64,000 nt of DNA. It comes from Eggerthellaceae bacterium (GTDB taxonomy: Bacteria; Actinomycetota; Coriobacteriia; Coriobacteriales; Eggerthellaceae). A program made the position numbers and the translations under genes. The notes under the pieces were generated by a model. It saw only the letters and a list, made by a program, of their open reading frames with translations, was not told the DNA's origin and ran no database searches. The stretch is taken from assembly GCA_017432445.1 (NCBI GenBank), contig JAFRJC010000087.1, forward strand, positions 18,483-82,482, read 5' to 3'. Positions 9,428-20,513 of this stretch are shown one piece after another; the first letter of the stretch is position 1; every line of letters begins with the position of its first letter.

Positions 9428-10861
9428 ATGACCGAGAACATGACCGCCACGACCGCCGAGAAGAACCCGTACCGCGTGTACCTGAACGAAGGGCAAATCC
9501 CAACGCAGTACTATAACCTGCGAGCCGACATGCCTACAAAGCCCGCTCCCGTGCTGCTGCCCAATGGCGTAATCGCCAAGTTCGAGCACATTGCACCCGT
9601 GTTCGCCGACGAGCTTGTACGCCAGGAACTCGATGACGAGACGCGTTACATCGATATTCCCGCGGGCATCCGCGAGATGTACAAGGTCTACCGTCCCTCG
9701 CCGCTGTGCCGCGCCTACAATCTTGAACGGGCGCTCGGCACTCCGGCGAAGATCTACTACAAGTTCGAGGGTAACAACACGTCTGGCTCGCACAAGCTGA
9801 ACTCGGCGTTGGCGCAAGCCTATTATGCGCACGAGCAGGGGCTCACGACCATCACGACCGAAACGGGCGCCGGCCAATGGGGCACCGCCCTTTCCGAGGC
9901 TGCTGCGCACTACGGCCTCGAGTGCGACGTGTTCATGGTCCGCGCAAGCTACGAGCAGAAGCCGTTCCGCCGCTCGATCATGCAGACGTTCGGCGCACAA
10001 GTCACTCCTTCGCCCTCGCAGGAAACCGAGATCGGCCGCAAGATGTATGCCGACGAGGCCAACCGTTCCGGTTCGCTGGGCACCGCCATTTCCGAAGCGG
10101 TGGAGCGGGCGTTGCACGTGCCTGAGAACAAGGGCCGCTACCAGCTGGGCAGCGTGCTGAACCAGGTGGTGCTGCACCAGTCGATCATCGGGCTGGAGAG
10201 CTATGAGGCATTGCGCGAGCTCGGCGATTATCCCGACGTCGTCATCGGCTGCGCGGGCGGCGGTTCGAATCTGGGCGGCCTTATCGCGCCGTTCATGCGT
10301 GACAAGCTGGTTGGCGAGCGTCCCGACACGCGATTCATCGCCGTCGAGCCCGTCAGCTGCCCGTCGCTCACGCGTGGACGCTTCGCCTACGACTTCGCCG
10401 ACACGGGCCAAACCTGCCCGCTCGTGAAGATGTACACCCTGGGCAACGGCTTCATCCCCAGCCCCGACCACGCCGGCGGCTTGCGCTACCACGGCATGAG
10501 CCCCATCATCTCGCAGCTCAAGCACGACGGTTTCCTAGAGGCCGTGGCCGTGAAGCAAACCGAGGTGTTTGACGCCGCCGAGGAATTCGCCAAGCTGGAG
10601 ACCATCCTGCCTGCCCCCGAAAGCGCTCACGCCATCTTCGTCGCAATGGAGGAAGCGAAGAAGTGCGCCGAGACCGGCGAAGAGAAGGTCATCCTTTTCG
10701 GGCTGACCGGCACCGGCTACTTCGACATGACAGCTTACGAGGCACACCGCAACGGCGAGATGGTGGATCACGTACCTACCGACGAGGAGCTCGAGCGCGG
10801 TTTCGCGACGATTCCCGCCGTCCCGGGTATCCAGAAAGCAGGCGGCCTGCCCATCGAGTAA
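9428..10861 (+). CDS. trpB: TrpB2-type tryptophan synthase beta subunit-like PLP enzyme
   Basis: 477 aa. Motifs NNTSGSHKLNSALAQAYYA (PLP lysine) and GCAGGGSNLGG. The long N-terminal extension is typical of TrpB2. A GGAAAGGAGAG RBS is present. Confidence 0.9.
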   Translation: MTENMTATTAEKNPYRVYLNEGQIPTQYYNLRADMPTKPAPVLLPNGVIAKFEHIAPVFADELVRQELDDETRYIDIPAGIREMYKVYRPSPLCRAYNLERALGTPAKIYYKFEGNNTSGSHKLNSALAQAYYAHEQGLTTITTETGAGQWGTALSEAAAHYGLECDVFMVRASYEQKPFRRSIMQTFGAQVTPSPSQETEIGRKMYADEANRSGSLGTAISEAVERALHVPENKGRYQLGSVLNQVVLHQSIIGLESYEALRELGDYPDVVIGCAGGGSNLGGLIAPFMRDKLVGERPDTRFIAVEPVSCPSLTRGRFAYDFADTGQTCPLVKMYTLGNGFIPSPDHAGGLRYHGMSPIISQLKHDGFLEAVAVKQTEVFDAAEEFAKLETILPAPESAHAIFVAMEEAKKCAETGEEKVILFGLTGTGYFDMTAYEAHRNGEMVDHVPTDEELERGFATIPAVPGIQKAGGLPIE

Positions 10862-10897
10862 ACTGCACAGCATATCGCAAAGGGATTGGGGAACCCT

Positions 10898-10929
10898 GCG
10901 GGCCTGCTCAGCCATACGAGCAGGCCCGC
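10898..10929. terminator. bidirectional hairpin between convergent trpB2 and CBS genes
   Basis: 12-bp stem GCGGGCCTGCTC / GAGCAGGCCCGC with an 8-nt loop. Confidence 0.55.
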
Positions 10930-10980
10930 CGTTGTGCTTGCGCTGCCGAAACAAAACCCAACAGGGCGAAAAACACCTTG

Positions 10981-11676
10981 TCAGGCTATGACATCCCAAG
11001 GAGTGACGATGCCCTGCATCGGCTCGGACCTGTCGCCAGTGTTGGTGATAATCGCCACCTGGAACCGCTTCGTGGCGTTTGCGGCGCTTTCGATGCGGTT
11101 GACCAGCTTGTCTACGAGGTAGTTGTGGGGAAGGAACAGGTTCAGGACGCCCTCGCGGCCGTCGGGGTCGATGTAGGCCTTCAAATCTTCGAAGCTCAAG
11201 GTGTCGCTCAGCTCGACGATTCCCTCGTCAGCCAGATAGTCGAAAATCGACCCTTCGCTGAAGATGCCAATCACCCTACGCTCGTCGTCGACCACGGGTA
11301 TGCAGGAGTAATGCTTTGCGCGCATCGTCGCCATGGCACCCTTGACGCTATCCTGCAGCTTTACCGAGAACACGTTGTTGGCCTTGACGCAGACGTCGAT
11401 ACAGGTTTTCCTATCGAGCACTCTCGCCGTGAGGAAATCGAGCATCTCGACAAGCTTGCCGGAAGGCTCGACCGGGTATTCGCCCTGGATCATCGGCTGA
11501 TGCTGGAGCAGGTTGCGCGTCTCTTGGCAACAAACGATTTCTGCCTGGTATCGCGAGAATTCGGGCTGTTGGCAGAGAAAATTGCGTATCGACTCCTCAT
11601 TGCTGAGCCGGTAGGTCGTGCGCACAGCGCTTTCGAATTCCTTGTACTTCTCGATGAACTCCTCTGCGTTGGGCAT
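10981..11676 (-). CDS. CBS domain pair-containing protein
   Basis: ORF 10981..11742. The ATG at 11676 follows AAGGAG. CBS-like segments are HYSCIPVVDDERRVIGIFSEGSIFDYL and MQGIVTPWDVI. Confidence 0.7.
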   Translation of the reverse strand: MPNAEEFIEKYKEFESAVRTTYRLSNEESIRNFLCQQPEFSRYQAEIVCCQETRNLLQHQPMIQGEYPVEPSGKLVEMLDFLTARVLDRKTCIDVCVKANNVFSVKLQDSVKGAMATMRAKHYSCIPVVDDERRVIGIFSEGSIFDYLADEGIVELSDTLSFEDLKAYIDPDGREGVLNLFLPHNYLVDKLVNRIESAANATKRFQVAIITNTGDRSEPMQGIVTPWDVIA

Positions 11677-11912
11677 TCGTGGCTCCTTGCACTGCGATCG
11701 GGCGAAGCGGTGCTGCATCAAGCACCCACCCCGAACAACCAATCACCCACGGACTCGGTGACTCTTTCAATTTGGAACATGTTTATTGTATCGCGTGCAA
11801 CGAACTGGCCGACGAGCGAATGGCCTTCGCGCGAAACCTGACGAAGGGACAAACCTCCTGTCAGGTTATTATGAAAGCGTAACGATTGGCGGCCAGGAAA
11901 GAGCGTGGGCTC

Positions 11913-12926
11913 ATGAGCAACGACGTCAACATCACGAGCAGCGGCAAGCGCATCAGCACCAAAAAGTCAGAAGAGCAGGATGCGCGCCTTAAAGCCATCG
12001 AGGAGAAGAAAACGGCCGACCACAAGGCAGCAAACGAGGCTGCAGCAGCGAAAGAGGAAGCTGCTAGGATCGCCGAGGGGGAGCGGCAAGCCGCAAGGCG
12101 TGCCGCAGAGGAAGAAGAAGCGCGGGCACAAGAAGCCGCTGCTGCAAAGCGTGAAGCCGTCGAGAAGATCGGCGCTGCCGCTCTGGCGGCAGGAGGCGCA
12201 ATTGCAGAGTCCGCAGCGAAAAGCGCCAAGAAAGGCGAGTTGAAAATCTCTCCGAAGACAGCGTTTTTTGCCATAGCGGCAGTCGTCATCATCGTATTGC
12301 TGCTGTTCATCGCCTGGCCGCGGTTGTCAGATGTGCTGTTCCCCCAGCCCGAAAGCCATGTAGCCGCAGAATTGAGCGAAGAGGCGGTCATGGGCAACAC
12401 GACCGCCGAAATCGGTGCCGCCATTTTGGGCGAGGCGCGCCAGAAGCAAGAGCTCGTCGTGTGGGAGCAGGATGTCGAGGTCGAGAGCAGGATATCGCAA
12501 GCGCTCGCCAACCTGGCCGTGTTCGCGAAAACGAAGACGGTGCGCAGCTTCGGCACAGGCGTCTTCACCGTAGATATGAGCGCAGTAGACGAAGCGGCGA
12601 TTGCCGTCGACGAGCAAGCCCGCACGGTCACGATCTCGATTCCACATGCACAACTGCAGTACATAACGAAGGATCTGGAGAAAACCGAATTCGAGGACAC
12701 GCAACACGCAATCTTGGGCTTCGGCGACGTCAAGTTGACGCAAGAACAGCAGAACCTGCTGGAGCAGTCGATCGAGGATGCCATGCGCGTCGAGCTGGAA
12801 TCGGATCAGTGCCTCGCCGATGCCGACAATGCGGCGCTGCTCGTAGTTTACGACGTTTTCCAGCCGCTCATCACAAAGGTCGACGACACCTACGCGCTCG
12901 AGGTGCGCTTTGCGGACGCTCGATAG
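11913..12926 (+). CDS. membrane-anchored DUF4230-like protein with Ala/Glu/Lys-rich N-terminal region
   Basis: ORF 11886..12926. It has a charged low-complexity N-terminus, one TM (FFAIAAVVIIVLLLFIAW) and a C-terminal domain resembling DUF4230 (recognised from memory only). Confidence 0.55.
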   Translation: MSNDVNITSSGKRISTKKSEEQDARLKAIEEKKTADHKAANEAAAAKEEAARIAEGERQAARRAAEEEEARAQEAAAAKREAVEKIGAAALAAGGAIAESAAKSAKKGELKISPKTAFFAIAAVVIIVLLLFIAWPRLSDVLFPQPESHVAAELSEEAVMGNTTAEIGAAILGEARQKQELVVWEQDVEVESRISQALANLAVFAKTKTVRSFGTGVFTVDMSAVDEAAIAVDEQARTVTISIPHAQLQYITKDLEKTEFEDTQHAILGFGDVKLTQEQQNLLEQSIEDAMRVELESDQCLADADNAALLVVYDVFQPLITKVDDTYALEVRFADAR

Positions 12927-13010
12927 CCCGCTCAGCACGCTTTTCTTCAAAACCTGATAAGGAACACGTCCCCGTATCAGGTTGGCGCGCGCTTTGATAC
13001 CATATGCTTC

Positions 13011-14636
13011 ATGGAACACGACGAGCTCGCACAGCATTTGGAGTCATTGCAGCGCGAAAGCTGCTATCGCGTCGATGCGGTCTTGAAGCAGTCCCCCGTC
13101 GAAATCACGCAACGCGTCTTCTTCGAAGGCGAAAACGGCGCGGAAGCTGGGCCTTACATTCGCAAGTTCATCAAACGGGGCGTCGGGATAGGCGCCGCCT
13201 ACGAGCGGTTGTTCGATGCGCAGCGGCGCGGACGTCGCTTCAAGTACATTCCTGACGTGCTCGAATGCTACACACGCGACGACGAGCTCGTAGTGGTGAT
13301 GGAGCTTGTCCGCGGGAAAACCCTGCAAGAAGTCATCTACGAGCGCGATCCGTCAACCCAATTGGCTCGGGAAATCTTCCCCATGCTGTGCGACGCGGTA
13401 AGCGAGCTTCACTGCGAATTCGATCCGCCTATCATCCATAGAGACCTCAAGCCGTCCAACATCATCCTCACGGGAGAGGGACTCGCGCTCATCGATTTCG
13501 GCATCTCGAGGGAATACGACGAGGATGCCGAAACCGACACAACGCATTTTGGAACGCGCGAGTTCGCGCCGCCCGAGCAATACGGGTTCGGGCAGACGGG
13601 CGCCTATTCCGATATCTATTCGCTGGGAATGGTGCTGTTCTTCTGCCTCACAGAAGAGATACCCACCGCACAAGCCCGTAAACAGGGATTTCGTAATCCT
13701 AAAATCCCCGAGAGACTGCGTGCGGTCATCGAGAAGGCCGTGGCGCTCGACCCCGCGATGCGTTTCGGCAGCGCCGACGAGCTGAAGCTCGCATTTTTGG
13801 CGGCTGCAGACGAAAACGTCGGCCAAAACCGAGCGAATGCTCAAGCTAGCCAGGTCAAAGCGGGCAAGAGCGCACGAAAAGGCGGGGTTGCCAAGGTTCT
13901 CGCTATTGCAGCCGCTATCGCCGTCATATGCTTCGTCCTCGCGATAGGCCTTTCCCTCTGCTCTCGGATAACATCGACCAGCCAACAACCCGCCGATTCG
14001 AGTCAATCGAGCACATCGGCCAACTCTTCGAACGACATCGATCAAGGCAATGGGGCCACAACGCAAACCGGGGAGTCAAACTTGCTTTCGATCACTTCCT
14101 CGAATGGCTCTGAAAATGCCACGGTGGAGTCGCTTGCCGCCGACATCGACAACCAAGCGACGCCGAAGAACGGCTTCGACCCCGCAACAAACGTGACCGT
14201 CCAAGTCGCAGGAGTCGAATTCCAGATTCCGCGTTACTTCATGGCAAACACAAGCGAATCTGGCCAATTCCGTTATTACTTCGCAGAAAGAGGCTCGTCG
14301 GTGGCCATGATGATGACGAACGAGACCTTTATCGACGAGGCTGCAGGAAGAGCCGAGTTCGACGCCCTGAAAGACGAATACCTCGCGGGCATGATGAAAA
14401 GCGATGGTTTAGAGGAGGTCACCGCTTCAACCGATTGCGAACTTGCAGGCCTCTCGGCGCGAATCGTGACCATCACCGGCACCATCAAGGGCGTAACCAT
14501 GTTTGCCAAGGCCGCCTATTTCTTCAACCCCGACTCGCACACGGTTGGACTCATCATGTTCGGGCAGACCACCAATGCGCAGTTCGACTATTCACGTGAT
14601 TTTGCGAAGGTGGTCACGTCGGCTAAGCACGTCTAG
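13011..14636 (+). CDS. Ser/Thr protein kinase with one TM and a non-PASTA extracellular domain
   Basis: Hanks kinase motifs HRDLKPSNIIL, DFGISR and GTREFAPPE. TM is VLAIAAAIAVICFVLAIGL. A Ser-rich linker precedes a ~200-aa ectodomain. Confidence 0.85.
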   Translation: MEHDELAQHLESLQRESCYRVDAVLKQSPVEITQRVFFEGENGAEAGPYIRKFIKRGVGIGAAYERLFDAQRRGRRFKYIPDVLECYTRDDELVVVMELVRGKTLQEVIYERDPSTQLAREIFPMLCDAVSELHCEFDPPIIHRDLKPSNIILTGEGLALIDFGISREYDEDAETDTTHFGTREFAPPEQYGFGQTGAYSDIYSLGMVLFFCLTEEIPTAQARKQGFRNPKIPERLRAVIEKAVALDPAMRFGSADELKLAFLAAADENVGQNRANAQASQVKAGKSARKGGVAKVLAIAAAIAVICFVLAIGLSLCSRITSTSQQPADSSQSSTSANSSNDIDQGNGATTQTGESNLLSITSSNGSENATVESLAADIDNQATPKNGFDPATNVTVQVAGVEFQIPRYFMANTSESGQFRYYFAERGSSVAMMMTNETFIDEAAGRAEFDALKDEYLAGMMKSDGLEEVTASTDCELAGLSARIVTITGTIKGVTMFAKAAYFFNPDSHTVGLIMFGQTTNAQFDYSRDFAKVVTSAKHV

Positions 14637-14872
14637 CCATTTGGGGCGAAGCACAGAATTGCTTTGGGCAAGGTGCAGAATTCGCGCAAGCCACTACCCC
14701 GCAGCTCCAAATCGCAAATAAAGAAGAGCGGCCCCCTGATAAGCCACCAAGCGAATGACCAGTTATCCCGGAATGATCGATTGCCCCCGACATGGCTAAT
14801 CTTTCATACAGAGCGCCTGACGATATTCGAGAGCGTTTGAACGTCTTTGAGACGACGGCCGTTGGCTCGAAC

Positions 14873-14904
14873 AAAAGCGCCCCCGGCGAAAGCCGAGGGC
14901 GCTT
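14873..14904 (-). terminator. intrinsic terminator of gap
   Basis: On the minus strand: AAGCGCCCUCGGCUUUCGCCGGGGGCGCUUUUGUU, 23 nt after the gap stop. Confidence 0.6.
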
Positions 14905-14926
14905 GAATGTCGACTGGTGCAGAAGC

Positions 14927-16030
<1,104 letters not shown>

Positions 16031-16149
16031 CTAAAATCGACCATTACCAATGTACTCCATTTTTTGCTGAGTAACATACACAGTCGCAACCTTTTTCGAT
16101 GAATGCACCTTTGAAACCGTGGATTTGGGATTACGGGACATGAGGCCAT

Positions 16150-16440
16150 GGGGCTATCTCGTCATTTGCTGTTAAATAATGCGAGATATGTTTGATTTTC
16201 ATCTAATCAAGGGTTCAAGTTGCGCGAAATTCGCAATAATGTTTGATTTTTCTAAGATGCTTACAAATTATCTGATTTGAATATAATTTTGTACTGGCTT
16301 TTTATTTTTACAAAATGGCAGTTTTTGGTCGCGTTCGCTGAAAACCATACATTATTGGGATTTTGTAACAAAAACATACGTAGAAATCGCTAATTCAAAC
16401 ATAAATCAGGTTTTATAACGCATTCACTTCAGCTTTCCAC
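16150..16440. promoter_or_regulatory. AT-rich divergent promoter island (gap / DASS transporter)
   Basis: A visibly AT-rich ~290-bp block in an otherwise GC-rich window. The 12-bp direct repeat ATGTTTGATTTT occurs at 16188-16199 and 16239-16250. Confidence 0.4.
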
Positions 16441-16616
16441 CCGCCCCCCGTATGTGCGGATGGCTGTTAAGGCGGGCTAGTGATGTCGGTCCCGATCTTG
16501 GAGCAGAATACCTTCTCGAAAGACATTAAGGCCCGGTATGGCCTTGCCGCGGCAATACTTCCGAAGGCAAACCTGCGTCTACCTATTGGATTACCGACAA
16601 AGATGCTTGTTATATA

Positions 16617-18059
16617 GTGAGCCTCATGGGTATTTCGAAGAAAAAGGCCATCGGAGCAATCGGCGGGCTCGTGCTGGGAGCGGCTTTCATCCTGCTGTTT
16701 CCAGACGTGGGCCTCGGAGAACAAGGCGTGCGCTGCTTGGGCATCCTCATCGGAGCCATCGTGTGGTGGGTATGCGGGGTGCTGCCCGAATACGCAACGG
16801 GCCTGATCATGGTGGTGCTGTTCGCAGTGGTTGCCGGTGTGGACGTGACAACCTCGATGTCGGGATTCGCGTCCGAGACGTGGTGGCTGCTCGTGGGTGC
16901 ATTCGGGCTTGGCGCGGGCATGAAGCTGTCGGGTTTGATGGAGCGCATGGCGCGCGCAATCGTGCGCACGTTTCCCAACACGTTTGCCGCCCAGGTGGCA
17001 GGCCTCGTCGCAGCGGGCTCGCTCATCGGCCCGCTCGTGCCGAGCCTCGCAGCCAAAGTCTCGATACTCGAGCCTATAGCGCTCGGCATGGGCGAAGCGC
17101 TCGGTTACGAGCGATTCGGCAAGCCCATGCAAGGCTTGTTCTTGGCAGTGTTCACGAGCGTGCGCAGCATCGCGCTTTTGGCAATCAGCGCCTCGATCGT
17201 GGGCTATGCGTTTCTTGCAACGTTTCCCGACGACGTGAAGGCGCACTTCGACATGGCGCATTGGGCGCTCGCAGCAGTGCCCTGGTTCATCGTGGCTTCC
17301 GTCCTCAACTACGCGGCTATCGTGGCAATCTACCGTCCTCGATCGACTGTCAGCTCTGATGTGCTCGACAATAACCGCAATTCCGAACCCGCCACAACGC
17401 CCGCAGAGAGCGTGAACGTCAAGCCATCTCCGATGTCGCGCCACGAAAAGCAGATGTGCGCGATTATCCTGACCGCAGTGGCTCTCTGGGCAACGCAACC
17501 ACTTCACGGCATCGGTCCGCACATCGTGGCCCTTACGGGATTCGTCTGCACGATCGCATGCGGCATCTTGGGCCCACGCGGCATGCGCGAGTCCATCTCG
17601 TGGGAAGCGCTCGTGTTCATCGGCACGGCATTCGGGCTTTCCGCCGTATTCGCCGAAGCAGGCATCCAAGACTGGCTCGTTGCCGTCGCCAGCCCGGCAT
17701 TCGAAGCGCTCGTAGGTAACCCGTATCTGTTCGTGCTTGGAATCGGCCTGCTCACGGTGGCAATACGTTTTGTCATCGTGTCAGAGGTCGCCTATCTCAA
17801 CATCACGATGCCCTTCCTGGTACCGCTCGCCCTAGCGGCGGGCATCAGCCCCTGGGTGGTCGCGTTTTCCATGTATGCCTGCATCAGCCCCTGGTTCATG
17901 ATCTACCAGAACTCCGTCTATCTTCCAGCGCTCTATTCCGTCGACGGCCAGATGGTCCGCCATGGCGACGTTGCAAAGTACTGCTTCGTTTACCTCGCAA
18001 TCTGCCTGATCGGCCTTGCGGCCTCCGTGCCGTACTGGCAGTTGATGGGCCTGATGTAA
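16617..18059 (+). CDS. SLC13/DASS family anion (di/tricarboxylate or sulfate) transporter
   Basis: 480-aa polytopic protein. Its N-terminal pattern (LGILIGAIVWWVCGVLPEYATGLIMVVLF) and internal repeat are typical of DASS permeases. Start is GTG at 16617 or ATG at 16626. Confidence 0.7.
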   Translation: MSLMGISKKKAIGAIGGLVLGAAFILLFPDVGLGEQGVRCLGILIGAIVWWVCGVLPEYATGLIMVVLFAVVAGVDVTTSMSGFASETWWLLVGAFGLGAGMKLSGLMERMARAIVRTFPNTFAAQVAGLVAAGSLIGPLVPSLAAKVSILEPIALGMGEALGYERFGKPMQGLFLAVFTSVRSIALLAISASIVGYAFLATFPDDVKAHFDMAHWALAAVPWFIVASVLNYAAIVAIYRPRSTVSSDVLDNNRNSEPATTPAESVNVKPSPMSRHEKQMCAIILTAVALWATQPLHGIGPHIVALTGFVCTIACGILGPRGMRESISWEALVFIGTAFGLSAVFAEAGIQDWLVAVASPAFEALVGNPYLFVLGIGLLTVAIRFVIVSEVAYLNITMPFLVPLALAAGISPWVVAFSMYACISPWFMIYQNSVYLPALYSVDGQMVRHGDVAKYCFVYLAICLIGLAASVPYWQLMGLM

Positions 18060-18077
18060 AAACGCGGAGGCATTCAC

Positions 18078-18905
18078 TTGATCAAGCAGATAAACGACGA
18101 TTTCGATCTGGAGAGGATTGCCCAAAGCGGGCAGTGCTTCCGCTGGCATCCCCAGGCTGACGGGTCGTATCGCATCATGCACGGTGAAGCGTGCGTATAC
18201 GTCGAGCAGCTCGATTCCATGCACTTTCGCTTCGACTGCGACGAGGTAGCGTTCAAAGAGGTGTGGCGAGATTACTTCGACCTAAATGAAAGCTACAGCG
18301 CAATCCGAGCGAGAGTCGATGAAGAATCCGATCCGTTCCTCTGGCGCGCATCTGAGTGCGAAAAGGGCATCCGCATCTTACGCCAAGATCCTTGGGAGAC
18401 CCTGATCAGCTTCATCATCTCGCAAAACAGGAACATCCCTGCGATTTGCCGTTCCATCGAGCTGCTTGCGGAAGCCGCCGGCGAGGAAGCGGAAGACCGC
18501 CGCGGCCGCATGTACCGTTGCTTCCCGTCCGCAGAAGCGGTAGCATCCCTTACCCAGGACGCGCTGCTGCGATGCAAGCTCGGGTACCGTTGGAAGTACG
18601 TGAAGTCCGCAGCCGAGGCGATCCTAGAAGGTCTCTTCGACCTCGAGGCGCTCAAGGACGTCACCGACGAAGAGGCTATGGCCTCCCTGGTGCAACTGCC
18701 TGGAGTCGGGCCCAAGGTGGCGAGTTGCGTGGCGCTTTTCGGGTTGCACCAGCTTGACGCGTTTCCCGTGGACACATGGATGAGGAAAGTGCTGTCAAAC
18801 GAGTATCCACAAGGCTATCCGTTCGAGAAATACAGCCCCTACAACGGCATCTTCCAGCAATATCTGTTCGCTTATTACAGGAACCGATTATCCGCGCTGA
18901 AGTAA
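18078..18905 (+). CDS. ogg: 8-oxoguanine DNA glycosylase / HhH-GPD family (Ogg-like)
   Basis: Motifs GQCFRW, DPWETLISFIISQN and LPGVGPKVASCVALFGL...FPVDTWM (HhH-GPD with catalytic Lys/Asp). TTG start at 18078. Confidence 0.8.
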   Translation: MIKQINDDFDLERIAQSGQCFRWHPQADGSYRIMHGEACVYVEQLDSMHFRFDCDEVAFKEVWRDYFDLNESYSAIRARVDEESDPFLWRASECEKGIRILRQDPWETLISFIISQNRNIPAICRSIELLAEAAGEEAEDRRGRMYRCFPSAEAVASLTQDALLRCKLGYRWKYVKSAAEAILEGLFDLEALKDVTDEEAMASLVQLPGVGPKVASCVALFGLHQLDAFPVDTWMRKVLSNEYPQGYPFEKYSPYNGIFQQYLFAYYRNRLSALK

Positions 18906-18945
18906 TTTCCCGAAAACCAAGCGGAGTTATCCCCGTTGAGGTCGT

Positions 18946-19860
18946 TTACGCCTCGGCGTCGGCGAGGAAAGCCGTCAGACGACCCCAATCGCGCACGATC
19001 TGCGCATAGCCGCTCTCGAAGTTGCGCCACATCGCATCGTAGTCGCGCTCGTAGCCCGAAAGCGTGAGGTTTTCGCTGTAGAACACGTAGGCGCGCCCTT
19101 CACGCTCCCATTCGTCGAGCAAGTCGCACGCAGCGTTATAGCGCGCGTTGCGGGTGAGCATGGCATCGCGCATCGCGGGCCTGCGCCAGAAGAACGCACG
19201 TGCCCACTCGTTACCGCCCTCAGGCTTGCGATAACCGCGTTTGCGCGTGCGCACCACGACGACCTTTTGGAAACCGTCGCGATCTATCTGCTCGAGCGGA
19301 AGTCCGCCACCGACCGCGAAACCGCCGTCATAGCAGTAACGCCCGTTCACCTTTGGCGGCGGCATCATGAGCGGCACGGTCGAGCTCGCACGTACGCGCT
19401 TCATGAGCTCCTCGATCGTCTGCATCTCATCCTTGCGGAAAAACAGGTCGCGCCCCGTATCGCGCTCGAACGCCGCAATCGCCACCTTGGCGGGGCTGGC
19501 GTTGAACGTGTCGATATCGAAAGGAAGGGGCCCAGTGGGAAGACCTGCCTGCTCGTAGATGTATTCCGCGTTGAACAGCCCTTTGTGCATGAGGAAGGTC
19601 TTCCAGTCCCCGATGTTGGGCAGGGCGATGAACTCCGTAAACGAACCCACGGCGCGGTTGATATCGCGCGAGACGTAGTTCACGGCATTCGAGCTGCCGG
19701 AGCTCACGCCGTAGATGTTGTCAAAATACACGCCCTGTTCAAGCAGGTATGCCGTAACGGCGCAGGTGTAGGCACCGCGCATGCTGCCGCCTTCGAACAG
19801 AAGGGCGGTTTTGAGCACATTGCTTTCGAGGTTTTTGGTCATGGTTACAGTATAGGGCAT
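18946..19860 (-). CDS. patatin-like phospholipase family protein
   Basis: Motifs GGSMRG (oxyanion hole) and GVSSGS (GxSxG). ORF 18946..20118 overlaps the next gene, so an internal ATG at 19860 (or 19842) is preferred. Confidence 0.8.
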   Translation of the reverse strand: MPYTVTMTKNLESNVLKTALLFEGGSMRGAYTCAVTAYLLEQGVYFDNIYGVSSGSSNAVNYVSRDINRAVGSFTEFIALPNIGDWKTFLMHKGLFNAEYIYEQAGLPTGPLPFDIDTFNASPAKVAIAAFERDTGRDLFFRKDEMQTIEELMKRVRASSTVPLMMPPPKVNGRYCYDGGFAVGGGLPLEQIDRDGFQKVVVVRTRKRGYRKPEGGNEWARAFFWRRPAMRDAMLTRNARYNAACDLLDEWEREGRAYVFYSENLTLSGYERDYDAMWRNFESGYAQIVRDWGRLTAFLADAEA

Positions 19861-19886
19861 GGAGCAGAGGCCGGGTTTTCGCAATG

Positions 19887-20513
19887 CTAAGAAGCGATTG
19901 GCTGGAAAGCCTCGTCTCCAACGAGGAGCTCGGCGTTGCCGTGGGCAAGCTCGGTGACGGAGACAACCAGTGCAGGCGCCTCGGCTGCCAAGACGCGCAC
20001 TTCCACGGTGACGTCGGCGGCAAAGGTGGCTTCGAGCACCTGGATCCCCTGTGACGTCAGCCAATGGTTCAACTGGTCGTAGAGCGGATAATCCACGCTG
20101 ATCATGACGTCGCAGCAAGGGGCAAACGTCACCTGCTGCGCAGCGGCAAAGGCGTCCTGCGCGGCCTTCGTGTAGGCGCGGACGAGCCCACCCGTCCCCA
20201 GTAGCGTGCCGCCAAAATAGCGTGTCGTCACGCAGATGACGTCTTTGAGCTCGGCGTGCTCGATGACGGAAAGCGTCGGAAGGCCGCTCGTGCGCGCCGG
20301 TTCGCCATCGTCGGAATAGCGCACGCGGTTTTCCGCCCGCAACACGTAGGCATACACGTTATGCCTCGCCATGGGATTGGCCGCTCGCACGCCATTGAGG
20401 AACGCCAGCGCCTCCTCCTCAGTCTCGACATGCGCGACCTGCCCGATGAACCGGGACTTTTTCTCCTCGTACTCGGCCTGGGCTGTACCCTGTATCGTCT
20501 TGTAGGAATCCAT
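19887..20513 (-). CDS. YigZ/IMPACT family protein
   Basis: Sequence EYEEKKSRFIGQVAHVETEEEALAFL...ARHNVYAYV is the UPF0029 signature. Confidence 0.85.
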   Translation of the reverse strand: MDSYKTIQGTAQAEYEEKKSRFIGQVAHVETEEEALAFLNGVRAANPMARHNVYAYVLRAENRVRYSDDGEPARTSGLPTLSVIEHAELKDVICVTTRYFGGTLLGTGGLVRAYTKAAQDAFAAAQQVTFAPCCDVMISVDYPLYDQLNHWLTSQGIQVLEATFAADVTVEVRVLAAEAPALVVSVTELAHGNAELLVGDEAFQPIAS

